NCBI RefSeq assembly: GCF_964355755.1
Contig: NC_092675.1
Coordinates: forward strand, 6,629,812-6,693,811
DNA from: Antedon mediterranea
Taxonomy: Eukaryota > Animalia > Echinodermata
Reading direction: 5' to 3'
DNA: 64,000 nt
Shown: one piece after another, positions 51,666 to 63,999 of the stretch
Layout: each line of letters opens with the position of its first letter
How positions within the stretch are numbered: position 1 is the first letter of the stretch
Translations under genes and position numbers: made by a program
Notes under the pieces: generated by a model
What the model saw: only the letters and a program-made list of their open reading frames with translations
The model's database searches: none
Told to the model about the DNA's origin: nothing

Positions 51666-53494
51666 AAGCTTATAGGCCTAGATTTATAAGTCATGATGAA
51701 TTTTACAAAATTATATATTATTATACAAATAATGAATGTTTATGAATATATAACATCTAAATAGATTCCTGTCATTTGAATAATGATAATAATGGAAAAC
51801 TATACGTACTTATTACTGATCTTTAGGCCTAGACTTACTGCTTTAGGTTTAATAGAAAACTACGTATTTATTACTGACCAAACACAACACTTACTTACTT
51901 TTATACATAATATAAAACTATAAGTACTTATAACTTACTAGTTTATCCGTAATAATAGAAACCAAGTAGGCATATAAGGAATGTTGGCATTAGGCAATTA
52001 TTTTAAAGATGGTCTCCCTCGTCGTTCCAAACGTTTAGATTCTTGCTTGGTAACTGTACACGTCAGAGGGAGAAGTCATTAATTAATAGAATATCTTCCC
52101 AACAGAAATAAAAACGAGAATACACTGAAGATTATAGCACTTTTAAATGTACATATTACCAAACATATTTATTCGTTTCTTCTCAACGATATCATCAGCA
52201 GTATATTCATTATTTGTAGAATTACGTATTTTGAATTTGTTTTCATGTTAATTATCTATTGAAATTTAAGTGTGATATACATACTTTTTTAATCGTTTGT
52301 TGATGACTGGGTTCTTCAATTTAATGTGAAGGGCTTCTTTTAAGATAGTGACTTGTATTGGCCTAAAAACTGCCTTCATTACTTTGTGTTTTGCATTTAA
52401 TATTTTGTGTTATACACAATCCATGAGTGTTCTTATTCCTATTTAGGCTAAGTGCTCATTTATCCTAGTATTTTGTTACAAAATGCCCGGGAAGTCTCCC
52501 CATTGTACGAGGCATTACAACCCCACTTGATATAATTATTATAACATTGGACTTTCGATCACTATTTATAAACTCGTTATTATTTATTATTTTTCTTGTT
52601 TTAAATGTACATTCAGATTGATACAGTATTTTTTTTACATAGCGCCGAAATCTTGACTTTCGTATTATTGAAATAGAACAAATAAAATGGTAATTTAAAG
52701 TAGGGTTTGCAGACACGTACTTGTTATGGCGCATTAATGTTGCTAACGTAACTCCTTGACTGATTGTGTCGAATAAATAAATGAAAATGAAAGTAACAAT
52801 TTATGTCTTCATTTCTTTTATTGATGTTTTCATATATTTACAATTTATATATTAATAATAATGTTAGTCCCGTGCGCTTTACACACAAAAATGATTCATA
52901 GAATATCTTAAGATAACCAAACAAAAGAAGAAAAGCCGCAGAGGAAAAAGAATAAAACTATGGTGAAATTCGTTTTTGGGTATTAAATAAATTTATACAA
53001 TATGTCAATTGATATTGTGGATTAAGTTCAGGTAGAAGCCATTCGATTTTTGGCAATACGAAATAATTGATTATTTTGTGAATGTAAGTTTGGCATCGTG
53101 CAGTCAATCGTTGCCATGTGAATATACCGTCAAATAAGTTCGGCTGCAGCCGAATAGTCTCCTTTATTGCAGAACGCTTCTTCAATACAAAAGTAGATAC
53201 ATTTTTATCATCTGCTCTGAATTGCTCATTAATAAAACTGCTAATGATATAATGCTAAGCAACGTCGGCATGGCCGTCTAATACGACTTTTTACGGCCGG
53301 ATTTTGTTGTTAAATCTAAATTAAATGTCTACACGTTTATTCTGTCCCAGTGCTGGTTGATTGATTGAATCGATTTATTATCGAATAACAAAAGGTAGTT
53401 ATGTAGGAGGAAACACATTTATCGATACGCCATTAAAACAACAGTACAACATCTTGTGTGCTTGCAATCCAAATAGAATCTAGCGTTAAAGAAA

Positions 53495-55482
53495 ATGGAA
53501 TACTGTACAACCTTCTGGTACACTTTGCTGTTTCTCACTCACCTTCGATATAGAGTATATTCCAGTTTACCTATAGGTATTTATTGCTTTATATTATATA
53601 GGTTACAAATGTAAACTGTATCTAAATGCAGCTGTTTTTTTAGCTTTATTTATGAATTATTGCATTTCTACAACAACGAATACATTATATTGGAATAATA
53701 ATAATAATAATATAGGAATAATACTAATTTAGCTTTAGGCCTAATATTACTAATGTTGTTTATACCACCCAAAGTAGACGAAACGACAACGTGTTATTTT
53801 GAAATAATCATATAACGATTGTATTATGTATTGTTAATCAAAATGTTGTAAAATATTTTATCTAGAGTCTAATTGTGCAGACAACGGATACACGTGCACA
53901 ACTCCTTCGTGTAAGTTGAAAGCAGTTTATTTAACATTTGTTAAGTGCTGACAAAACACTATCTAATATACATATAGTAGATAGGAGCTATTTTTGTGCG
54001 AAATTCATTCACAAGTTTGCATATAAATATACAAGTTATGTTATTGTTTGCTCTGAGATATACAAATACAGATAAATGCAAAACTAACAAAAACAATTAC
54101 AGTGTCACATCACTCTCGTACGGTATACTGACAAGCATTCAGTGCCAAATGGCAGTTAGATAAAAGCTGTTACGAAACCTATTTGTACGGTAGATGATGG
54201 ATTTGCAATTTAATAATACTTATGATGGACAAAATAGAGTTTTGACATGATTTAAGACATTTATAAGCTTATTGATAAAATCTAGTCCTATAGATACATG
54301 AACTGAATATTCCAAGATGTTTTTTCCTACAAAATTAATTATGTAATATTAAAATAAAAGGTGTAAAAAATTGTCTATGGATGGTATAGATATTGATGGT
54401 TATACACTTTAAATATAAATCAAAAACATGCAATTCATATCTCTGGTATCTCTGTATTTTAAAACATGCATAATATTTCATTATTACATAATGTCATAAT
54501 TATAAATATAATGCTATTATTACATAATAATGTTTCAGACATATAATTCTGTAATGTTTGTCATTAAGTTATTTTATACGATTATCAGTTTGTCAAGAGG
54601 GTTGGTCATTCGCTGTTGGTCGGTGTTACAAAACTGTAAGCACGTCAGCATCGTACAACGAGGGTCAATCAATGTGTAGAGTACAAAAAGGATACTTACC
54701 AGTCGTCATAAATTATGATGAGTCTTATTACTTGGCAACTGAAGAACCTTCCTCAAGAAATAGATTGATTGGCTATAACGATCGATTAACAGAGGGTACT
54801 TTTATGTGGGACGACGAAGATAAAACAAGTACATCATATACAAGTTAGTACATCACTTTCTTTAAAAACGTTGTCTATAGTGTAATGTATTCAGTTAGTT
54901 CGGTGATACAACGTTACATGTTCGTCATATGAAACACCTATATCATAGGAATTATGCTCAGTTTGTGACACTGCATTTAACAATTTGCCGGTGATATTAA
55001 AAATAAGGCAAGAAAAAAAGACGAACATCGTTAAAGGCGGCAGTCTCGGCATCTCGATATATAAAATATATTATTACTCATCTATAAATTTAATGTTTCA
55101 GTATTTACAGTATAGTATTATAGATTCTCTTTTTAAATATTTGACCAAATAATATGGGTCAATATAATTAGTAAGAAATGCATTTAAGACGGCTTTAAGC
55201 GCGAGAGGGTGAAAGAGGCATAACAATGCCGAATGCATTAGTTATACTGGTTCACGTATTATATAACACTCCCTTCATAGCTCTTCCTGTATACGAGAAC
55301 CATCGTAGGGTAAGCTAGCGAAGCTAATAACTATATAAATTAATTTTACAGGATGGGCTTCAGGTGAACCAAATGGTGGAACTGAAGATTGTACAATAAT
55401 TTATAAAAGTAGCAATGCGAATTGGAATGATATTCCTTGTACAAATAATTATGTGGCAATTTGCGAAATGGGTATGTGCAGA

Positions 55483-55520
<38 letters not shown>

Positions 55521-58500
55521 TTTTTTTAGTACTCTTAAATGTAAATTCATTATAAACACGTATTTATTGTTAAATAGGTGAGTATACAAAACAGAATATA
55601 GGTACAAAATATAAGAAATGTTATATCGACACCGCTAAACAAACTACACAAAGACAGTGAACAATGCTTCACATTGTTGAACCAGTAAAATTTGGTTTTT
55701 TATAATATACTAAATATTATATCTATTTGGATTTTATAAACACACCTACTGTAGTGTTAATTATGTCAACAAACGACCAAACAATCCTAGGCCTATATAA
55801 TACCAGTTATGTAAAAGATAAAAGATACTTTTCGACCAATGTCAGTAATGGAATTTAGACACTGGCCAAAGAAATGGAACATATTGATTAGAAAAAATTT
55901 ATGGGTAATAAGGGGGTAATAATCACAGCTAAAGGAATGTAGTGAATACAGATTGGATATTTCAGTGGAAGGACGGGCGATAGGATAATAATAATAATAA
56001 TAATAAATAACATTTATAAAGCGCAAGAGACAAAGGTTTCAAAGCGCTGTGTTTTCCAAGATCTGTGCAAGTAGTAGCGTGTGATTATGCTTCTCTGAAG
56101 AGATGAGTTTTGAGTTTAGTTTTAAATGTGATAACAGATTTTGATGAGCGTATTTCGAGGGGTAGAGTGTTCCAGAGTTTTGGGGCTGCGACAGCGAAAG
56201 CATGATCACCGTAAAACCGAGTTCTGGAACGGGGTCCAGGTTTTAGAAGAAGTCTGCTGGATGAACGAAGCGAAGAGTTGGTTGACGGAGTAATGATGTC
56301 ACATATGTAGGCTGGAGCACATCCGTTGATGGCCTTATATGTCAGCAACAGGATTTTAAAACGAATGCGCTGATCTACAGGCAACCAGTGTAAGTCACGT
56401 AAAACGGGAGAAATATGTTCATGTCGTTTAGTGCCAGTGATAAGTCTTGCGGCGGAATTTTGGATTCGTTGAAGAGGAGACAGATAAGAAGTTGGTAGGC
56501 CGTACAGAAGCGAGTTATTACAGTCCAGACGAGATGAAACAAAAACATGAACAAGACGTTCAGTTGATGTTTTGTCAAGGTACTTACGAATCTGGCCGAT
56601 CTGGTAAATTCCAAAGGAAGCACCACGGCAAACATTACGAATGTGTTCTTTTAAACCGAGGCTGTTGTCTAGTTGGACGCCTAGATTTCAGGCTGAGCTG
56701 GAGGTAGAGACACTAGTATCTCCGATATGGACCAAAGGAAATGATGATGCCTCACGGAACTTTGAATGAAAATGGATCATTTCAGTCTTGGAGTCGTTGA
56801 GCATGAGTTTATTTTGAATGGCCCATGAGCGAACATCTGCAATGCATGATTCAAGGCCGTTAACAGATTCAAAATGATGTGTAGGTTTCATGATTAAATA
56901 TAGTTGAGTGTCATCTGCATAGATCATATGACGAACTTCCGGGTGGGAATCAATGATGTTGCTGAGTGGTCCAGTGTATAAGAAGAAATCGAGTGGACCT
57001 TTTACGGATCCCTGCGGTACACCCCAGGGTAGAGCGAACTCATCAGACATCGAATCACCCACAATGATTGCTTGTCTACGATTCTCAAAATATGAAATAA
57101 ACCATTTCAATGCGGTTCCGCTTATGCCGTATCTTTTCTGAAGACGTTGAAATAATAAATCATGATTGATAGTGTCAAATGCGGCGGAGTAGTCGAGTAG
57201 AATAAGTACCGCTTCATTACCTTTGTCTAAAGCAAGTAGTAGATCGTTTGTAACACGTAATAAAAGCGGTTTCAGTTGAGTGGAAGCGGCGGTAGGCTGA
57301 TTGGACTTTTGAAAACAAGAAATGTTCATCCATATATGCTTTTATCTGAGCAGTTGCAATTCTTTCCAAGACTTTGAAAAGGAAGGGAAGATTTGCTATT
57401 GGTCTATAATTTTGTAGGACGTTTGGATGACAGCTATTAAAATAAATAAGGACGACAGAGGAGTAGTGTACAGGTAGACGGAGAAACGAATTATTAATTA
57501 TATAGGAAACTCAAAACATAGTAAAAGATGAAGCGAGTTGGGAGACGCCCTCGCTGTCTATAGTAGTTCTACTAGTAGTGGAACGCGACATGCTGACGAC
57601 GACGACGACTACTACAACGACGACGATGATTATGACAGTGATGATGATGACGATGGTTTTTTATTTTTTAAAAATCTTTTATTTTATTTAAAACATATTT
57701 AGACAGGATAAAAACATATCAGGTATAGATATTGCACCTGTTTTACATATGGTCCTGTTTGATGATGATGAAGATTCATTGACGATTTATTGAACAACGC
57801 AATGTTACCTCACAATCATTGATTCAACACATAAGCTTCACCACATTGCATAACAATAATAACAGTACATTTCAATTCAGAGACCTAAAATTCTAACATT
57901 ACATTTTAATCGTAGATATAACTCCTAGACAGTGGTACCCACGAGGGTACAGTATGTACCTGTTCAATACAATAAACTCCAAGTGGGGTTATGCGCAAAG
58001 TTCGTGCGAAGATGTTGGCGCGCATTTGGCTGTCGTTGGTGATGTTACCGAAAATGATTGGTTAATCGCTATAGGAAATTCCAAACGGAGTAGCAGCTAT
58101 TGGTGGATAGGATACGATGACGTTAGATCAGAAGGTTCTTTTGAATGGCCCCAATCTGGAGAAGTCACTACTTATACAAGTAAGTATAACGATTCTATTG
58201 AATGGGCTATAAACGATTTAGACACATATAAAACTAATTCGATTTTGAGTTGACAATAACAATACCAACAAGGAAATAAAAATAAAAATGAGAAACATAA
58301 CAATAGAAATAGCAACAGAAACTGCAATAATAGCAACAACCACAACCATATACACAATCACAGCAACAACCACGGTCAAAATACAACCAAAGTCACTATC
58401 ACAGTCACAACCACAGTGACAACCACAGTGACTTTCACAGTCACAACCACAGTAACAACCACAGTCACAACCACAGTCACAACCACGGTCACAACCACAG

Positions 58501-61500
58501 TCATTCATTTATTCATTCTTTCTTGGAGATCCAAGAAACATTTATTATATATGGCCTTTGGCCCAAATAATATACAATGTAATACAATATTAAATAAATA
58601 TCAGTTGAGTGCGTTTAAAAATTCTGTTCTACGTTTAAATGAAAAAAATAAATATTTTCCAAGTTTAACAATAAGATCAGTATTTGTGGCAGACATAAGA
58701 TAAATATATTTTAATTTAGTTGGGTTGTTTGTATAAAAGGAAAACATATATTTAGTTCTAATATCTGAATAAAATGGACAAACTAAAGTGAAATGATATT
58801 CATCTTCAATTGATTGTAAAGCACATAATTTGCATAATCTTTCATTTCTATTTATACAATTCCATCTTCCTTTTTCAATTTCTAATTCTAAAATTCCTAG
58901 TCGTATCTTAGTCATAATTTGTCTATGTTTGTAATTTGTTACTTTTGTTAGATATTCTTCAATCCCAAACTTATATTTAACGTGCTTGTAATATTGGAGC
59001 TTAGAGTGTAGCCTAGTATCTTCGTAGAATTTCTGTCGTTCAATGTCTGTAAGCCTTTGTTTAAAATTTGAAATAAAAGTATATATATTATTAACCTGTT
59101 GTGAGTACCATATGTTACCAAATCCATTTATGCATAGTATTTGTTTTACGTCATTGGCCCAACATTGCTCATTTCTTTGAGCTTTTCTATATTGAAAATC
59201 ATAACATTGTTTAATAAATTTGTCATTATCCATTTGGATTACTCTAAGCCAATAACGAATTATATTAATGATAATTTGAATTTGGATAGTGAATCTTCCA
59301 CATTCTCCTCTCACTGCAACACTTGGTGCAGAATTACCTATTCCTAGAATGTATTTACAGAATCTTAGATGAACTTTCTCTAATACTGATATATCATTTA
59401 AACCCCATATTTCGCTACCATAAAGTAAGATTGGCATAATCTTAACATCAAATATATGGTTCCATATATTAACTTGGAGGTTACCAAAACGTCTATGGGT
59501 CAATCCTTTTAATGTGAACAAAGCCTTATTAGCTTGTTGACAATTGTATTCTTTGGCTTTATTCCAATTACCATTTGAGTTGAAAACAACTCCTAAATAT
59601 TTAAAGGATTTGACAATGTCAACTGTATTTCCATTGTAATTCCATTTTTCAAATTTGTTAAGATTACCACCATTCTTAAACACCATAATATTACTCTTGT
59701 TAACATTGACAGTTACTTCCCATCTTGTACAATAGGTAGATAACTTGTTTAAAAACAGTCACTATCACAGTCCAACTACAATCACAGTCACAACCACAAT
59801 CACAACCAAAGTCATAACCATAGCCACAACCACAGTCACAACTACCGTCACTTTCACAGTCACAACCACAGTCAGTATCACAGTCACAACCACAGTCCGT
59901 ACCACAGTTACAACCACAGTAACAACCACAGTAACAACCACAGTCACAACCACAGTCACAACCACAGTAACAACCACAGTCACAACCACGGTCACAACCA
60001 CAGTCACTATCACAGTCACTACAGTCACAACTACAATCACAGTCACAACTACAATCACAACCAAAGTCACAACCATAGCCACAACCACAGTCACAACTAC
60101 CGTCACTTTCACAGTCACAACCACAGTCAGTATCACTGTCACAACCAGTCAGTACCACAGTTACTACCACAGTAACAACCACAGTCAATATCACAGTCAC
60201 AACCACAGTAACAACCACAGTAACAACCACAGTCACAACCACGGTCACAACCACAGTCACTATCACAGTCACTACAGTCACTACTACAACCACAATCACA
60301 ACCAAAGTCATAACCATAGCCACAACCACAGTCACAACTACCGTCACTTTCACAGTCACAACCACAGTCAGTATCACAGTCACAACCACAGTCAGTACCA
60401 CAGTTACAACCACAGTAACAACCACAGTCAATATCACAGTCACAACCACAGTCAATATCACAGTCACAACCACAGTCAATATCACAGTCACAACCACAGT
60501 CAATATCACAGTCACTACAGTCACAACTACAACCACAATCACAACCAAAGTCATAACCATAGCCACAACCACAGTCACAACTACCGTCACTTTCACAGTC
60601 ACAACCACAGTCAGTATCACAGTCACAACCACAGTCAGTACCACAGTTACAACCACGTAACAACCACAGTCAATATCACAGTCACGACCACAGTCAATAT
60701 CACAGTCACAACCACAGTCAATATCACAGTCACAACCACAGTCAATATCACAGTCACAACCACAGTAACAACCATAGTCAATATCACAGTCACAACCACA
60801 GTCAATATCACAGTCACAACCACAGTCAATATCACAGTCACAACCACAGTCAATATCACAGTCACAACCACAGTCAATATCACAGTCACAACCACAGTCA
60901 ATATCACAGTCACAACCACAGTAACAACCATAGTCAATATCACAGTCACGACCACAGTCAATATCACAGTCACAACCACAGTCAATATCACAGTCACAAC
61001 CACAGTCAATATCACAGTCACAACCACAGTAACAACCATAGTCAATATCACAGTCACAACCACAGTCAATATCACAGTCACAACCACAGTCAATATCACA
61101 GTCACAACCACAGTCAATATCACAGTCACAACCACAGTAACAACCATAGTCAATATCACAGTCACAACCACAGTCAATATCACAGTAACAACCATAGTCA
61201 ATATCACAGTCACAACCACAGTCAATATCACAGTCACAACCACAGTCAATATCACAGTCACAACCACAGTCAATATCACAGTCACAACCACAGTCAATAT
61301 CACAGTCACAACCACAGTAACAACCATAGTCAATATCACAGTCACAACCACAGTCAATATCACAGTCACAACCACAGTCAATATCACAGTCACAACCACA
61401 GTCAATATCACAGTCACAACCACAGTCAATATCACAGTCACAACCACAGTCAATATCACAGTCACAACCACAGTAACAACCATAGTCAATATCACAGTCA

Positions 61501-63999
61501 CGACCACAGTCAATATCACAGTCACAACCACAGTCAATATCACAGTCACAACCACAGTCAATATCACAGTCACAACCACAGTAACAACCATAGTCAATAT
61601 CACAGTCACAACCACAGTCAATATCACAGTCACAACCACAGTCAATATCACAGTCACAACCACAGTAACAACCATAGTCAATATCACAGTCACGACCACA
61701 GTCAATATCACAGTCACAACCACAGTCAATATCACAGTCACAACCACAGTCAATATCACAGTCACAACCACAGTAACAACCATAGTCAATATCACAGTCA
61801 CAACCACAGTCAATATCACAGTCACAACCACAGTCAATATCACAGTCACAACCACAGTCAATATCACAGTCACAACCACAGTCAATATCACAGTAACAAC
61901 CATAGTCAATATCACAGTCACAACCACAGTCAATATCACAGTCACAACCACAGTCAATATCACAGTCACAACCACAGTCAATATCACAGTCACAACCACA
62001 GTCAATATCACAGTAACAACCATAGTCAATATCACAGTCACAACCACAGTCAATATCACAGTCACAACCACAGTCAATATCACAGTCACAACCACAGTCA
62101 ATATCACAGTCACAACCACAGTCAATATCACAGTCACAACCACAGTCAATATCACAGTAACAACCATAGTCAATATCACAGTCACAACCACAGTCAATAT
62201 CACAGTCACAACCACAGTCAATATCACAGTCACAACCACAGTCAATATCACAGTCACAACCACAGTCAATATCACAGTCACAACCACAGTCAATATCACA
62301 GTAACAACCATAGTCAATATCACAGTCACAACCACAGTCAATATCACAGTCACAACCACAGTCAATATCACAGTAACAACCACAGTCAATATCACAGTCA
62401 CAACCACAGTCAATATCACAGTCACAACCACAGTCAATATCACAGTAACAACCATAGTCAATATCACAGTAACAACCATAGTCAATATCACAGTCACAAC
62501 CACAGTCAATATCACAGTCACAACCACAGTCAATATCACAGTCACAACCACAGTCAATATCACAGTCACAACCACAGTCAATATCACAGTCACAACCACA
62601 GTAACAACCATAGTCACAACCACAGTCACTACAGTCACAACCACAGTCAGTACCACAGTCATATCCGTAGCAACAATAAATTATAAAGCTGTCTACACTA
62701 TCAAAACTTGATGTGATGTGCCCAAATATAGTAGTGATATGCATAAATATGGTAGTGGTATGACATGATTATGTCCATATATAAGCACATCATTTCAGAG
62801 CTTGAAATCAGAATCGTTGATATAAAATTTTGAAGTTAGAATATCAATAATAATGTATCATTGGATTTCATTTACAAGATAATGTAACCATAATGTATAC
62901 TGTAATTGCCATCAATAACAATTGCCTTCTTTAGATTGGGATTCGGGTGAGCCCTATGGAGATGGCGACGGAGTTACTTTAAAGTATAATACTTTAAAAT
63001 GGAATGACATTACTACTGCAACTCTCTATCCATCAATATGTGAGAAAGGTAAACTCTTTCATTATTCGCACATTACTTTTGTTTACAAACACATTTAATA
63101 TACATGTTCTTCCAACAAGATCAGTCTACTAATATCCAATTTACATAAACAAGCGGTAACGGTAAGCGGAAACCGCGTGCCTGTTCCACCAGCCGATTCT
63201 GCTACTGTCAAGTACCTATCTATAAAACTATAGCAAGTTATACACGTTGCTGTCTGCAGAAACGCTGTACTTTTAACACCGTACACTGTCCTGTAGCACA
63301 GTATCTGTTGACAATTTAAAATGAGATTATTACCTTAATTATTTTCTATTATAAAAAATTACTTCCTAAATATACAAACCTAACCCTCTAAATAATCTCT
63401 CTCAACTATTAAAAAAAAATGCATTTCCTTGATAGACCTCCAGCGTGTAACATTAAAGCCCTTACCACTAGACCAAACATTTCGGTTGGCAAACAGTGTT
63501 TCCGCAAGATATTTACTCTATATAGCGCCCTCTATAATATATGTACAGCATTTCTACAGACAGCAACGTGTAGTATTGGTAAATAATATAGATTTTATAT
63601 ATATATTTTTATATATTTTTCCACTTACCGCTTACCGTTACCGCTGTGTAGATTGGCCTTAATGGTTCACTCTTTCCACTCGCGGTGCTATGGGATACGA
63701 TTTTAAAGTTTTACAGCATTTTGCATGTTTCTGGTAATTGTTCATAGGTATTGAATGGGAATACTATAATAATAAGAGGTACTTTGCGACTGACTACCGT
63801 ATGACGGCTAACGACGGCGTAAATGTATGTGCAGACATTGGAGGATATCTTGCAGTAATTACTTCAAATGAAGAAAACGCGTTTCTGGTCAACATGATTG
63901 AGAAAACTCACAATAGTAAACGAAAGTTTTACATTGGATATGTGAGCGACAGCAGTGCGGTCTGGTCCTGGCCAGATTCATCTCCAAGAGGTTATTCAA
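53495..63999 (+). CDS. Multi-domain lectin C (5' part, exons 1-7; continues beyond window)
   Basis: Exons 53495-53576 (MEYCTTFWYTLLFL...LPI), 53866-53910, 54589-54843, 55352-55471 (EPN...WND), 57916-58179, 62935-63048, 63748-63999. Same sizes and phases as lectins A and B. Confidence 0.86.
55487..55519. repeat. (TA)n microsatellite
   Basis: Direct observation, just after lectin C exon 4. Confidence 0.9.
55986..57428 (-). mobile_element. 5'-truncated L2/CR1-group LINE in lectin C intron 4
   Basis: NYRPIANLPFLFKVLE...QSAYRRFHSTETA / LLDYSAAFDTINH...GVPQGSV...YADDTQLY...LHWLPVDQRIRFKILLL...FKTKLKTHLF. One +1 frameshift at about 57263 and one in-frame TGA at 56688. 3' end GCGCTTTATAAATG followed by a (TTA)n tail. 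Confidence 0.9.
58335..62662. repeat. 12/24-bp minisatellite (CACAGTCAATAT CACAGTCACAAC)n, interrupted by the LINE at 58504-59754
   Basis: Short left part 58335-58503 and a right part of about 2.9 kb at 59755-62662; source of the CDIDCG, VVTVILT and TTTVNIT pseudo-ORFs. Confidence 0.97.
58504..59754 (-). mobile_element. 5'-truncated non-LTR retrotransposon (RTE-X-like) in lectin C intron 5
   Basis: Uninterrupted frame from about 59752 to 58601: YCTRWEVTVNVNKS..FKYLGV..ILLYGSEIWG..CKLC..EDEYHFTLVCP (end of RT plus CCHC finger). AATAAA and a (TGAA)-like tail; 7-bp TSD ACAGTCA at 58497-58503 and 59755-59761. Confidence 0.85.

Noticed and set aside
56085-57329. Host gene encoding a reverse transcriptase
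   Set aside because: 5'-truncated, with a frameshift and a stop, and ending in a LINE tail: a dead retrotransposon copy.
59700-62744. 1014-aa Cys/Asp-rich, 988-aa Thr-rich mucin-like and 671-aa Val/Thr ORFs
   Set aside because: They are stop-free translations of a 12/24-bp minisatellite in several frames and on both strands. They lie inside an intron that splits lectin domain 2, the paralogs have no such exon, and there is no credible start or splice context.
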